Assembly: GCF_009914755.1 (NCBI RefSeq)
Contig: NC_060932.1
Origin: the human T2T-CHM13v2.0 reference genome, Homo sapiens
DNA: 64,000 nucleotides
Direction: 5' to 3' (one strand)
Part shown: positions 1-12,539 of the stretch, in pieces
Position numbering within the stretch: position 1 is the first letter of the stretch
How the letters are laid out: each line of letters opens with the position of its first letter
Position numbers and translations under genes: made by a program
The notes under the pieces: generated by a model
What the model saw: the letters and a program-made list of their open reading frames with translations, nothing else
Told to the model about the DNA's origin: nothing
Database searches by the model: none

Positions 1-1299
1 TAATTAATCTTTCCCCAAGCAATTCAAGGCCACTGAACTCGAGAGCTAGACTGCCTTTCCAGCTTTGCCCTGCCCTGCTCCTTTACGTATGCTCTGACCC
101 AGCCATACATTTGAGTCCTTGAATATATCACATTATACATGCCTCTGCCCTTTAAAAATATTGTTCTCTCTGTTTTGGAAGATTCTTCTTGTCCAATTGC
201 TACAAATATTCAAATACCTTAAATACTTGACTCAGAAATTCTCTTTTGTAAACTATTTATTGAGCCTTGTGGCAGAGCTGGCTCTTTTTTGCATCTGATC
301 CTTTGATAGCTTGACTATAATGTTTTATAATATAGAACAAACTGGTTTGTAGTTTCCACTTACAATTTTTCTCCCCTAGAAGAGGGTGAACTTCTTGAAA
401 ACATAGACTATGTCTTATTTCATTCATCTCTATCACCTGGGTTTGATATACACTATCAATAATTAATATAATCAATAAATCACAAATAATTTTGATTTCA
501 ATATTAAGTAGATCTACTTGATATACTGTTTTCCCTGTTCAGGTCAGGGCTGCACTGAGAATTGAATGTGGCTGATGTGGCAGGTGAATAACTTTATGTA
601 GATGAGGGCCTGGAGGTGAGGGATCTCAACAGGATAGGGAATGTGAAAGTCAATAGAGCATATAGTTCTTTCCTTCAGAAAGAAACATATAATCTAGTGT
701 AGCCATTAACTTTCACATGCAGAATACATGATAGATAATCAAAAAACAATAGTGCTTATTCTGAACCTGGGTAAATTAATTCATGTAATCAAAGGTCTTC
801 CATTCAGCAATTAATATGTTCTATCCACTAAATACTAAAAACTGTAAACAACCATCAAGGTTCTAGTGATGCCCTTCCGTGTTCCTGGCCTGCTGCAGTC
901 TGGCTTCCTGCAGAAAGAGGCCAACATAATTTATTTGTTCTTTATTTTTGCATGTTACTTTCTGAAAACCCAGGTTTCTGACCCTCTGGGTTTGAAGAGA
1001 GGCTAAGAGGGTAGGAGAGATAGAAGGAGCAACAGAATTCTCACATGACTAATATTGGCATGAACTGTTGTGATACTCTCTGCACTTTGCTGGTGTTTAC
1101 AGCTGACTCTCTTTCTGGGGTGTTAATGCATTATTGGAAACATCTCCTCTATTACTACTGTCCCCTGCCTGTATCTTCCTTGATGAAAATGATGCACTCA
1201 GCTTGGCTGGCCACATATTTTCCCATTGTACTCAGTTTTTGGGAGACTACCTCCACTTTTCTCTCTTTCACAATTAAAATGGAGTAGGACACAGTCATA

Positions 1300-1420
1300 G
1301 TGCTTAATAATCCTAGCACTGAAGTCTAACTTGGATTTTAATATAAACTCATCACTTTTGTGACCTTGCACATGTTACTAAATCTTTCTAGGACTAAAGT
1401 TATTCATCTATTAAAAATGG
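1300..1420 (+). mobile_element. MIR SINE, 5' part (interrupted by L1 insertion)
   Basis: Degenerate MIR core tgtgaccttgcacatgttactaaatctttct...ttcatctattaaaaatgg; it resumes at 3767 with aaaaatggggataatt. Confidence 0.7.
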
Positions 1421-2384
1421 ATGCATAGTATTCCGTGGGGTATATGTACCACATTTTCTTTATCCAATCTATTATTGATGGCCATTTTTGTTGATTCCAC
1501 ATCTTTGCTATTGTGAAGAGAGCTGCAATGAACATACAAGTGCATGTGTCTTTATGATAAACTGACTTATATTCCTTAGGGTATATACCTAGTAATGGGA
1601 TTACTGGGTCGTCGAATGGTAGTTCTATTTTTAGGTCTTTGAGGAATCACTAAACTGTCTTCCATGATGTTTGAACTAATTTACACTCCCACCAACAGTG
1701 TATAAGTATTCCCTTTTCTCTGCAACCTCGCCAGCATCTATTATTTTTTGACTTTTTGATAGTAGCCACTCTGACTGGTGTGAGATGGTATCTCATTGTG
1801 GTTTTGATTTGCAGTGATGGTGAACTTTTTTTTGTATGACTGTTGGTCACATATATGTCTTCTTTTGAGAAGTGTCTGTTCATGTCCCTTGCCCACTTTT
1901 TAATGGTTTTTAATAATTCCTTATAGATGCTCAATATTAGACCTTTGTCAAATGCAAAAATAGTTTGCAAAATTTTTCTCCCATTCTGTAGGTTGTTTGT
2001 TCAATCTGTTGATAGTTTCTTTTGCTGTGAAGAAGCTCTTAAGTTTAATTACCTACCATTTGTAAATTTTTACTTTTGGCTGGGTGCAGTAGCTCACACC
2101 TGTAAGTGCTCCCAGCACTTTGGGAGGCCAAGGCAAGTGGATCACTTGAGGTCAGGAATTTGAGACCAGCCTGGCCAAAGTGGTGAAACCCCATCCCTAC
2201 TAAAAATACAAAAATACAAAAATACAAAAATTAGCCTGGCAGGGTGGTGCACACCTGTAATCCCAGCTAGTCAGGAGGCTTAGGCAGAAGAATCACTTGA
2301 GCTCAGGAGGTAGAGGTTGCCATAGCCAACATCATGCCACTGCACACCAGCCTGGGCAACAGAGCAAGTGAGACTCTGTCTCAA

Positions 2385-2448
<64 letters not shown>

Positions 2449-2980
2449 TTACTTTCATTGCAATTGCTTTTGGCATCTTCGTCAATAAATCTTTGCCCAT
2501 TCCTATGTCCAGAATCGTATTGCCTAGGTTTTCTTCCAGGGATTTTATAGTTTTGGGTTTTACATTTAAGTCTTTAACCATCTTGAGTTGATTTTTGTAT
2601 ATGGTGTAAGAAAGGAGTCCAGTTTCAGTCTTCTGCATATGGCTAGACAGTTCTTCCAGTACTGTTTATTGAATAGAAAGTCCTTTCTCCATTGCTTGAT
2701 TTTGTCAGCCTTGTCAAAGATCAGATAGTTGTAGATATTCAGCCTTATTTCTGGGTTCTCTTTTCAGTTCCATTGTTCTATGTGTCTGTTTTTGTACAAG
2801 TACCATGCTGTTTTGGTTATTGTATCTCTGTAGTTCAGTTGGAAGTCAGGTGGAGTGATGCCTCCAGCTTTGTTCTTTTTCGCTTAGGATTGCCTTTGTT
2901 ATTTAGGGTCTTTTTTGGTTCCATATTAATTTTAAAATAGTTTTTCTAGTTCTGTGAAGAATGTCTTTGGTAGTTTAACA
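1421..2980 (-). mobile_element. L1PA (older primate) ORF2 3' region, inverted segment of a 5'-inverted L1
   Basis: Antisense L1 ORF2. Minus-strand ORFs give the L1 peptides [35 protein letters not shown] and [29 protein letters not shown]; stops and frameshifts present. Confidence 0.95.
2078..2446 (+). mobile_element. Alu (AluS/J-type) whose tail has become (CA)n(TA)n, inserted in L1
   Basis: ggctgggtgcagtagctcacacctgtaa...gagactctgtctc; CA/TA microsatellite 2385-2446; TSD-like ttttacttt on both sides. Confidence 0.95.
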
Positions 2981-3170
2981 AGACATATGGACGCATAGAG
3001 GGGAACAACACACACTGGGGCCTATAAGAGGGTAAAGAGTGGGAGGAAAAGTAATGGATACTAAGCTAAATATCTGGGTGATGAAATAATCTGTACGACA
3101 AACCCCCATGATACAAGTTTACCTATATAACAAACCTGCACATGTACCCCTAAACTTAAAAGTTAAAAAA
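2981..3170 (+). mobile_element. L1PA 3' UTR end (non-inverted segment)
   Basis: gaggggaacaacacacactggggcct...aacaaacctgcacatgtacccctaaacttaaaagttaaaaaa. Confidence 0.92.
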
Positions 3171-3429
3171 TTCAAATAATATGTTAATATAAACTTTGAG
3201 GAATACAATAAAAAGCAATCATTGTTAATGAACAGAATACATAATGTAGTTATATTTCTAAAAGCAGCCGATATGCAAATAATATAGATATAGTTAATCT
3301 ACTTTATTCATGTTATAACATTATAAAAGGAATAAAGCTATTTGGTTTTCATCACTTAATATGTAATTATATAAAAATGTAAAAAAGGAATAAATTTTTT
3401 TAAAATTAAAGCATTTAAAAAAATAAAAG

Positions 3430-3691
3430 GAGAGGACACACAGAAGAGAATGCCATGTGAAGATGGAAGTACAGATTAGAATGATGAGTCTACAAGCCAA
3501 GGAACACCAAGAATTGCAGGAACCACCAGAAGCTGGGAGAGAGACATGGAACATGAGAGCTTCCAGAAGGAACCAACTTTGCTGATGCCCTGGTTTTGGA
3601 CTTCTGACCTCCTAAACTGTGAGAGAATAAATTTCTGTTGTTTTCAGCCACTCATTTGTGATAATTGGTTATGGAAGCCCTAAAAACTAAC
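3430..3691 (+). mobile_element. MLT1B/C-like MaLR LTR, 3' half
   Basis: gccatgtgaagatgg...caagccaaggaacacc...gacttctgacctcctaaactgtgagagaataaatttctgttgtttt. Confidence 0.85.
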
Positions 3692-3766
3692 AGTTTCACT
3701 ATCTATAAAGAGAAACTTACTACCAAAAAAAAAAGGAACAAAATAGAGCTATATGCAATTTTTTAA

Positions 3767-3870
3767 AAAAATGGGGATAATTATTGTACCTACTGTAACA
3801 TAGTTCTAAAGAGTAAGATAATGCCTGTGAAGCATATCATCAACATTCAGAAGTTGTATGTTATTATATG
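3767..3870 (+). mobile_element. MIR SINE, 3' continuation
   Basis: aaaatggggataattattgtacctac...agataatgcctgtgaagca matches the MIR core immediately after the point where 1300-1420 stops. Confidence 0.7.
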
Positions 3871-3900
3871 TTCTTTTTAAATCAGTTTCTAATTGAATAT

Positions 3901-4241
3901 TGATATGGTTTGGCTATGTCCTCACCAAAATCTCATCTTGAATTGTTGTTCCCGTAATTCCCACGTGTCAGGTCCCCACCAGGTCCCCACCAGGGAGGGG
4001 TTCATCAGTTCTCACAAGATCTGATAGTTTTATAAGGGGTTTCTCCTTTTGCTTGGCTCTCACTCTTCTCTATCCTGCCACCTTGTGAAGAAGGATGTGT
4101 TTGCTTCCCTTTCCACTATGATTGTAAGTTTCCTGAGGCCTCCCCAGCCCTGTGGAATTGTGAGTCAATTAAACCTCTTTCCTTTTTAAATTACCCAGTC
4201 TCGGGTATGTCCTTATAGCAGTGTGAGAATGGGCTAATACG
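3901..4241 (+). mobile_element. THE1C-like solo LTR (ERVL-MaLR)
   Basis: tgatatggtttggct...gtgtgagaatgggctaatac; 5-bp TSD aatat at 3896-3900 and 4242-4246. Confidence 0.93.
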
Positions 4242-4519
4242 AATATAATATATTCTTTTAAAAAATAACTGTTTCTAATTGAAGTATTTGTTTTCTATCT
4301 GAAAATAGAATTTAGATGATAACACTCTTCTCATGATGGTACAAATGACCAGTCGTGTGGACTTAGAACATTTTCTAAGCTTCTTCAACCCAACTATAAA
4401 GCAAGCTGTAGTTCATGTCACCTCATCATTCTTATAGCACCAGCAGTTCCTAAGGATGCTTGTTCCGTTATAAACGAATAAGTGCAAGAGGCTGAGTTTA
4501 GCCACAAAAATGCACTTAA

Positions 4520-4700
4520 AACATCTGACCATGCCACAACTGCTAACATCTCACTGGCCAAAGTAGCCTGTTGACCAAGTCCCGCATCAATGAAGTGGAG
4601 AATATATTCTACCAACTCTGGTAGAAAGTTCTAGAAAGTCACATAGCAGGAAACTTGGATGTACTGTTTTAGTATAAGTGTGGTGTAAAGAACTGGAAGC
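4520..4700 (-). mobile_element. Old MLT1 (J/K/L-like) LTR fragment
   Basis: ctgctaacatctcactggccaaagtagc...caagtccc...agtggagaatatattctacc motif typical of old MLT1 LTRs. Confidence 0.5.
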
Positions 4701-6529
4701 AATTCACCAATATAATAGAATCTACCGTGTGCCTATCACACTGAATGTAGAGTGCTTGGTAAATAATTGCTTCTCTTTTCTTCTTCTACATGTAGGATAA
4801 TGTCCTCCTTTCTTCTAAGAAACATCAAAGGTTAAATATACTTTCCACATTAAGTTAGTGGCTAGCTGGGAGCTGACAATGTCAGAGATGATCCTGTGAA
4901 ATTATAGAAAGGCATAGTGTGGGTCACCTTGTATGAAGTATGTCAGTTGTAAAGTGACAGCAGAAGCCAGGAATAATACTCAGAAGGGACGATTGAATTA
5001 AATGTTAAGTTAAGGAATCACGGTTCAACGGGGTATAGACAGGAAGCATTAATTAAGATGGAGAACCAAAATGTTCAGAAATAGGAGAGCTGGGAGTTAG
5101 ATTGTGCCAATAAGAAGTAGTCAGGAACAAGTGTCCTGGGTACTTCAAATATCCAGAAGCCACTGAGCTGGAGAAAATCAAGCACATACATAAAAATAAT
5201 AAGACTTTCTATTTACTGAACACCTACAATTTCACTGGCTCTGCACTAGGCAGTTTATATACACATATATTATCTTCTCCAATGAAATTTGACTTTTCTC
5301 TCAACCTCACTCAACCTTATAAAAGTGATACAAATTTAACTATTGATATTTTTCAATTTTCTGGGGGAAATTATTTGAAAATATAGTTCTGAATGATTAA
5401 ACAGGATGTTTTTACATACACTTACTGCTTTGTCCTACCTACTTGATACTTCAGGCTGTTCACAATTAATCTATCATTATCTTTAGCAAATCTTGAGCAC
5501 AAGTTCATCATGAAAAAGGAAAATAAAAACAACAGAACATTTACTGTGGTCATGCATCACTTCATTTAGTTATCCCCATATTTCAGCAACGTGGATGGCC
5601 TCTGCTCCCCATCCTTCCCTTTACTGTCAGGAAAGCTCAGGCTAAGAGAAATTAAGCATGTCTCAAAGGCTGGACTCTAAAGACTGTATAATTTTTATTA
5701 CACCAACTCACCAACTTCTCTAATAATAAAATATTCTACCGGTTGAATTCATCAAGAGTTCTAGTTTGTATCGACTTGATTCTCATATATTAAGAGATGC
5801 CAAATGTCATTGAATAATCTAAGCATCCTCTCACCAGTTGATAACCAGAAATGCAGTGGTTCTACTTCTCAGCTGAAGTTCATAGAGAGGTAGAGGATAC
5901 TGTGATGGAAAGCTAAGCTTCTTACACTGTTGCCCTTCAATGTCCATTCTTAGTCTTGTGTGCCATAGACCAATATTTGTTAATAGTTGGCATTTATATA
6001 ATCTCACCTCTAACCTCAGGGTTTTCTTTAGCAGTAAAATTTTACAATTAAGAATCCACCACTCCCATCCATTCTTATTTCTGCTGCTTCCTGATCAGTT
6101 TAAAGGCTTTGCTGGAATTAAAGAAAAGTAGTGCTATTTTAAATTCCAATAATGAAGTTTTAGAATTATATTTCTATTTATTCTCTGTAGCTTGCCTGAT
6201 GATTGAATTCATCTTTGGGCACATGGAGTGTTTTGATTATTTGTTGGAAAGCTACTAGTAGTTTAGTGAGGTAAGACACTTTTAGTGGATTATTTCTTCA
6301 GGCACTAAATAGCACCCTAGAGAACAAAAACAGCTTTAAAGTATCTCATTTCCAAGATGTTTAGATATTGAGGGAATTGGGCTTAGAATTAATTCTTTCC
6401 ATCCCTGAGAGGTTTCTAGAAAATTCTCTTCCTCATTAGTGAATTAAGTTTTACCCCTTAGAGGTGCATTCTAATTCGAAGCTTCCAGAGATAGTTTATT
6501 TTAGGGTAAAGCTTTTGTATGGCTTGTTG

Positions 6530-6695
6530 GCAAGAAAGACCTGTGTGGAAGTTCCAGTTCTGTCACTTGGTACATTTGGATAACATACACTTAAACTATT
6601 TGAGCAGTAATTTTCTAATTTGTAAAATGAGAAGGAGAATACCAAACTCATAAAGCTGTTGAGAAGATTAAATTAGATAAGGTATATGGGATACT
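6530..6695 (+). mobile_element. MIR SINE
   Basis: aagacctg...agttccagttctgtcact...ttgtaaaatgagaagg...gctgttgagaagattaaattagataa. Confidence 0.7.
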
Positions 6696-7132
6696 TTTCA
6701 ATATAACTAGAAGAGAAATGTTCAAGGTCAGAGGATTGAGAGGGAATGGTGGTCAAGGGATATTGGAACTCAAGATCTCCTGATGTAATTTTGTATCTCC
6801 TACATTAATGGACCCCTTACATCAGGGGCTATTTTCACTGTAAAATGACGTGATCCACCAGTTTACATTTGGCTGATGTTCCTAGGTGTTGTAGGGGTGA
6901 AATAGTTCTCTTCTTCCTTCACTAGTCTCTGTCCTTAAGGGTGCGAAATATTACCCAATAGATACATAATATAATTTGTGGTCTCCCCATCACTTACCCT
7001 GGTGTTTTAGGAGATATCGTTGCTTCATTCCTAGAATAAATGTAATAATTAATTTCAGCAAGGGTTGAAATGCTATTAGGATTATACACTTGCATCTTTA
7101 AATGGTTCAATAGGGCTAAGGAATATGAGAGT

Positions 7133-7370
7133 TGTAGGAAGTCCCGTGTTGCACTGCCCAGATTCCCTTTCCAGACTGAGGTGCTTTTTCCTCCAAAGAC
7201 CATGTGTGTTGACTGAGGAGGGCTCATAAATGAGTTCCTTTCTGGAAATTGCCCTCTACTGAAAAAAAAAGTTTTACCCAAAAAGTTAAGCCCACATGCA
7301 ATAACTGCTTGACGGGTGGCTACAAGGCCTCACCCTATTTCTTCAACAGGGAAACATAATTGCATAAGGT
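7133..7370 (+). mobile_element. LTR16-like ERVL LTR fragment
   Basis: Starts tgtaggaagtcccgtgttgcactgcccagattccctttccagactga, resembling the LTR16 5' end. Confidence 0.5.
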
Positions 7371-9003
7371 GAATTCATTAACACTGGTATTTATGTCACT
7401 TTGTTTTGTTTACTTTCTTGGAATGACTCCCATGTGCTTTATGCTTAACAATACATTGGTGGCCCACAAAATCTTTGAAAAAATTGTCAATTGAGCACAG
7501 AAATAGTCTGAAGTTTCCGGGGACTGGACTAGAAGATACCAGGATTATGAGCTGCCCTAATAGGAGGACTGATGGCACCAGAGAAGGTACCCAGGTCACT
7601 ATGGCAAGTACTTCATTTCAATTACTTAATTGAGGTACTTAAATTCTCCATGTCATGGAGAATTCCCTTGCATGCCATCTTTGAGGAGCGTCCTTTCAAA
7701 CTCCTTTACCTGGATAACTCTTTGAATATTCTTATCATGAGTCAATGCTTCCAGGGAGTCTTCCATGACTCTCAAAAACTATAATAATTTCTCCTCTTTT
7801 GTGGTATTTATAAGATATAATCATAACTCTTTTGAGATTTATTTCATTATAATTTCAGTCCTAATAGAAGTGCATTCTTATAGCTAGAAACTTGTATCCT
7901 CCAAATCATACTGTATGTATGAACATATACATACAATATATGCTCAATCAGTATGTTTTCAATTGAACTAAAATATTAAAAGGCCAACTTGTGTATTTTC
8001 ATGTCTAATCTAAACTAGATGAGATGAGAACATATCATTTCTGGCTTTACCAAATAGCAAGGAGTTGAGATTTTTGTTTGTTTATTTGTTTGTTTTGTTT
8101 TATTTCTTTCTGGAATCCTGTGTTACTATTCTAATAGTATATTTCAGGTAGATGAAACCCATATCTATAAGGTTTTAGAGAGAACAAAGAAGAATTCACC
8201 CACTGAGAAATATGCAAGGACATTGATCTGCTCAGTTGAGTGGCTATCACCTTCACAATTCCATAGCAAAACACAGACACCTGAGATCCTTCTGAAACTC
8301 ACTTTATGACACTAAGAGCCAGTATAAGCTCAAAACTCCCTCTTTTCACTTCCACATTATATAGCAAAAATCTCTACTTTTTCCATTAGAATGTTCATTT
8401 ACTCACTTCTTTAAAACATTTACATTTTTTTTCCTGTCTAAACATTCTCAGGTCATTTAGTACATTATTCATTTTAATTATGCTGAATTTGAAAAGTCTG
8501 GCCCCGTTTATACCCGTTTATCCAGCCTAGCCTTTCACCACAAGTCCCTCTCTGTGAGAGTGGGCACTGCTAAATAATCTTATTAGGGAGAAGAATAGAT
8601 TGAGTGGTTTAATTTACAATTTCCCAACAGATTTCTAGTTCAAATAAAACTGTCTTTGTTTTTAATGAGGTCCTTGTGCCATGTCATGAAATAAGATGGG
8701 ACACATTTTCAGAGCTAAACATGGTAGGTACAAAACCACAACATTTTGGGGACACTAGGCTACTGATTTATTCTTCAGATCAAGGGACTAAAGTTAAAGC
8801 AGTAAAGTTATTATCCCAAGGTCATATACCTAGTTAACAGCAGAAATATGACTAGTCCTCACATGTTATTATTTTACTTTAAGCAAGTAGTTGTTAAGTA
8901 GAAACTTCATTTTTCCTAAGGTCAGAAAATCTTAATTCAAATTCTGTCTCCATCAGGATAGAGTATCATGGGAACTTAGCTAACTCAGTTTCTTATCTAC
9001 AAA

Positions 9004-9313
9004 ATGGTTTGGCTGTATCCCCACCCAATTCTCATCTTGAATTGTAGTTCCCATAATGCCCACGTGTTGTGGGAGGAACCCAGTGGAAGGTAATTTAATC
9101 ATGCGGGTGATGGCTTTATAAGAGGCTTTCCCCACTTTGCTTGGCTCTCATTTTCTCTCCTGCCACCTTGTGAAGAGGTGCCTTCAGCCGTAAATGTAAG
9201 TTTCCTGAGGCCTTCCCAGCTATGCAGAACTGCGAGTCAATTAAACATCTTTTCCTTATAAATCACCCAGACTTGGGTATTTCTTCATAGCAGCATGAGA
9301 ACAGACTAATACA
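9004..9313 (+). mobile_element. THE1 (C/D-like) solo LTR, fused to an upstream MIR
   Basis: atggtttggctgtatccccaccc...gcagcatgagaacagactaataca; terminal tgat missing and joined to MIR ctacaaaatgg. Confidence 0.9.
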
Positions 9314-10167
9314 TACACATTTCAAGGTACATAGTAAATTATCCATAAAGATTTCCTGGATCTGAAACTGGGCATTGTATGTGTGGTTTTGCTAAAATCA
9401 AATTTTGAGACATTCTGCATTCAAAGGCAGTAAGAGAGATGTGTAATGTTTACGTCACCAGATAAAATTCCAGCTCTCTCCCCAGTCAACTGATGCAAAC
9501 CAGCAAAACTAAAAAATTATTGGCTCTTAGTTGCTTTATGATCTGAATTTTCCTCATGAGGAAACAAATCTTGAGGTTCTCTCAAGTGCAAAGTGAATAT
9601 ATAGCTACCTGCATTCTGTCAAACTGTGAAGTTATTTGCTCTTCAGCCAGAATAACTCTGAACAATGGGAATTGTTGTCTGCAAGATGTTCCTAAACCCA
9701 GAGGTTTAGCTGTTCCTTGTATCTGTCTAGGAGTTTCATAGAAATGCTACTTTCTTAAAGTAAGTCCAAAAATCTGTGGATGATTTTTATTGATTTAGTG
9801 CAGGGGCTTGTGGCTTGGGGCATATCATGAAACACTATCCTTGGATGCTTTTTACAATCCCATTGCCCTTAGGACAATCAAAATTGCCTTATTGGCTCAA
9901 ACTGCCGCAATGGGAGAAATCTACTCACTTAACTATTTCAGGAAGAAGATGGATTTTGATATTCTATTTGAGAATTCAAGGGCAACTATGTTCCTCTACT
10001 AGATAAGTTCACTATTTAATATTGTGATACTCTAAATATAGCTTCTAGAACAGTAAAAAACATGGATTATTTGGGGGAAAATTTGTGTGTGAGAGAGAGA
10101 AATTGACAGAGAGAGAGGATAATTTCTTCTTGTTGATTTAAATTTCACAAGTCTCCAGTTTACTAAG

Positions 10168-12484
10168 TGATATGGTTCTCTGCTGCATCCCCACCCAAAG
10201 CTCATCTTGTAGCTCCCATAAGTCCCACATGTTGTGGGAGGGGCCTGGTGGGAGATATTTGAATCATGGAGGTGGGTATGTCTTATGCTGTTTTCGTGAC
10301 AGTGAATAAGTCTCATGAGATCTGATGGTTTTAAAAATGAGAGTTTCCCCGCACAAACTCTCTATTTGCCTGCCACCATCCATATAAGATGTGACTTGTT
10401 CCTCCGTGCTTTCTGCCGTGATTATAAGGCCTCCCCTGCCATGTGGAACTGTAAGTCCATTAAACCTTTCTTTTTTTTTTGTAAATTGCCCAGTCTTGGG
10501 TATGTCTTTGTCAGCAGTGTGAAAGCAGACTAATACAGTAAATTGGTATGTAGTAGAGTGGAGTGCTGCTGAAAAGATACCCAAAAATGTGGAAGCAACT
10601 TTGGAACTGGGTAACAGGCAGAGGTTGGAACAGTTTGGAGGGCTCAGAACAAGACAGGAAATGTGGAGAAGTTTGGAATTCCCTAGAGACTTGTTGAATG
10701 GCTTTGCCAAAACTGCTGATAGTGATATGAACAATAAAGTCCAGGCTGAAGTAGTCTCAGATGGAAATGAGGATCTTGTTGGGAACTGGAGCAAAGGTGA
10801 CTCTTGTTATGTTTTAGCAAAGAGACTGGTGGCATTTTGCCCCTGCCCTAGAAATCTGTGGAACTTTAAACTTGAGAGAGATGATTTCGGGTATTAGAGA
10901 AGAAATTTCTAAGCAGCAAAGCATTCAAGAGGTGACTTGGGTGCTGTTAAAAGTGTTCAGTTTTATAAGGGAAACAGAATATAAAAGTTTGGAAAATTTG
11001 CAGCCTGACAATGTGATAGACAAGAAAATCTCATTTTCTGAGATATTCAGGCTGGCTGCAAAAATTTGCATAAGTAACCAATGTTAATTGTCAAGAATGT
11101 TAATTCTCAAGACAATTTAAAAAAATCTCCAAGGCATGTCACAGGTCTTTATGACAGCCCCTTCCATCACAGGCCTGGTGGCCTAGGAGGAAAAAATAGT
11201 TTTGTGTGCCAGGTCCAGGGTCCCTGTGCTGTGTGCAGCATAGTGACTTGATGCCTTGCATCCCAACTGCTCCAGCCGTGGCTGAAAGGGGCCAACGTAG
11301 AACTCAAGCTATGGCTTCAGATGGCTCAAGCCTCAAGCCTTGGCAGCTTCCACATGGTGTTGAGCCTGTGGCTGCAAAGAAGTCAAGAATTAGGGTTTGG
11401 GAACCTCCACCTAGATTTCAGAGGATGTATGGAAACACCTGGATATCCAGGCAGAAGTTTGCTCCAGGGGTGTGACTCTGATGGAGAAACTCTGATAGGG
11501 CAGTGTGGAAGAGAAATGTGGGGTCAGAGCCCCAACACAGATTCCCTACTGGGGCATCACCTAGTGAAGCTGTGAGAAGACAGCCACCGTCCTTCAAATC
11601 CCAGAATGGTAGATCCACTGAAAGCTTGCACCATGTGCCTGGAAAAGCCACAGACACTCAACTGCAGCCAATGAAAGCAGCCAGGAGGGAGGCTGTACCC
11701 TGTAGAACCACAAGGTGGAGCTGTCCAAAACCATGGGAACATACCTCTTGCATCAGTGTGACCTGGTTGTGAGACATGGAACCAAATTAGATCATTTTGG
11801 AGTTTTAAGATTTGACTGCCCTGCTGGATTTTGGACTTGCATGGGGACTGTAGCCCCTTTGTTTTGGCCAATTTCTCCCATTTGGAATGGCTGTATTTAC
11901 CCAATGCCTGTACCCCCATCGTATCTAGGAAGTAACTAACTTGCTTTTGATTTTATAGGCTTATAGGCAGAAGGGACTTGCCTTGTCTCTGATGAGACTG
12001 TGGCCTGTGCACATTTGAGTTAATGCTGAAAAGAGTTAAGACTTTGGGGCATGGTTGGAAAGGCATGATTTGTTTTGAAATGTGAAGACATGAGATTTGG
12101 TTGGAATAGGACAGAATGATATGGTTTGCCTCTATGTCCCCACCCATATCTCATCTTGTAGCTCCCATAATTCCCACATGTTGTGGGAGGGACCCAGTGG
12201 GAGATAATTAAATCATGGGGGTGGTTCTTTCCCATGCTGTTCTCATTATAGTGAATAAGTCTCAGGAGATCTGATGGTTTTAAAAACGAGTTTCCCTAGA
12301 CAAGCGCTCTCTTTTTACCTGCAGCCAACCACGTAAGATGTTACTTGCTTCTCCTTGCTTTCCACTATGAATGTGAGGCCTCCCCAGCCTTGTGGAACTG
12401 TAAGTCCATTAAACCTCTTTTTTTTTTGTAAATTGCCCTGTCTCAGGTATGTCTGTATGAGCAACGTAAAAATGGACAAATACA
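10168..12484 (+). mobile_element. Complete THE1A/B-type MaLR provirus (LTR 10168-10537, internal 10538-12116, LTR 12117-12484)
   Basis: Two direct LTRs tgatatggtt...aataca flank THE1-int (gtaaattggta..., ORF remnant MEATLELGNRQR); TSD ctaag/ctaaa. Confidence 0.96.
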
Positions 12485-12539
12485 CTAAAGCATAGTAATT
12501 TACTTATTCTCTTTTTGTTTGTATGTTTTCTTGTTTGTT

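Noticed and set aside
2981-3170. Similarity to the L1 3' end at 63691-63904, starting at nearly the same consensus position
   Set aside because: Independent, diverged copies of a high-copy family with different deletions
6998-7258. Minus-strand exon-like unit (tttttttcag acceptor, gg|gtaagt donor)
   Set aside because: Partly LTR-derived, peptide unrecognised, and no partner exons; likely a pseudo-exon
10264-12235. Cluster of long ORFs (up to 176 aa) on both strands
   Set aside because: All lie within the THE1 LTR/internal sequence and are fragments of the decayed MaLR ORF or its antisense, not a gene
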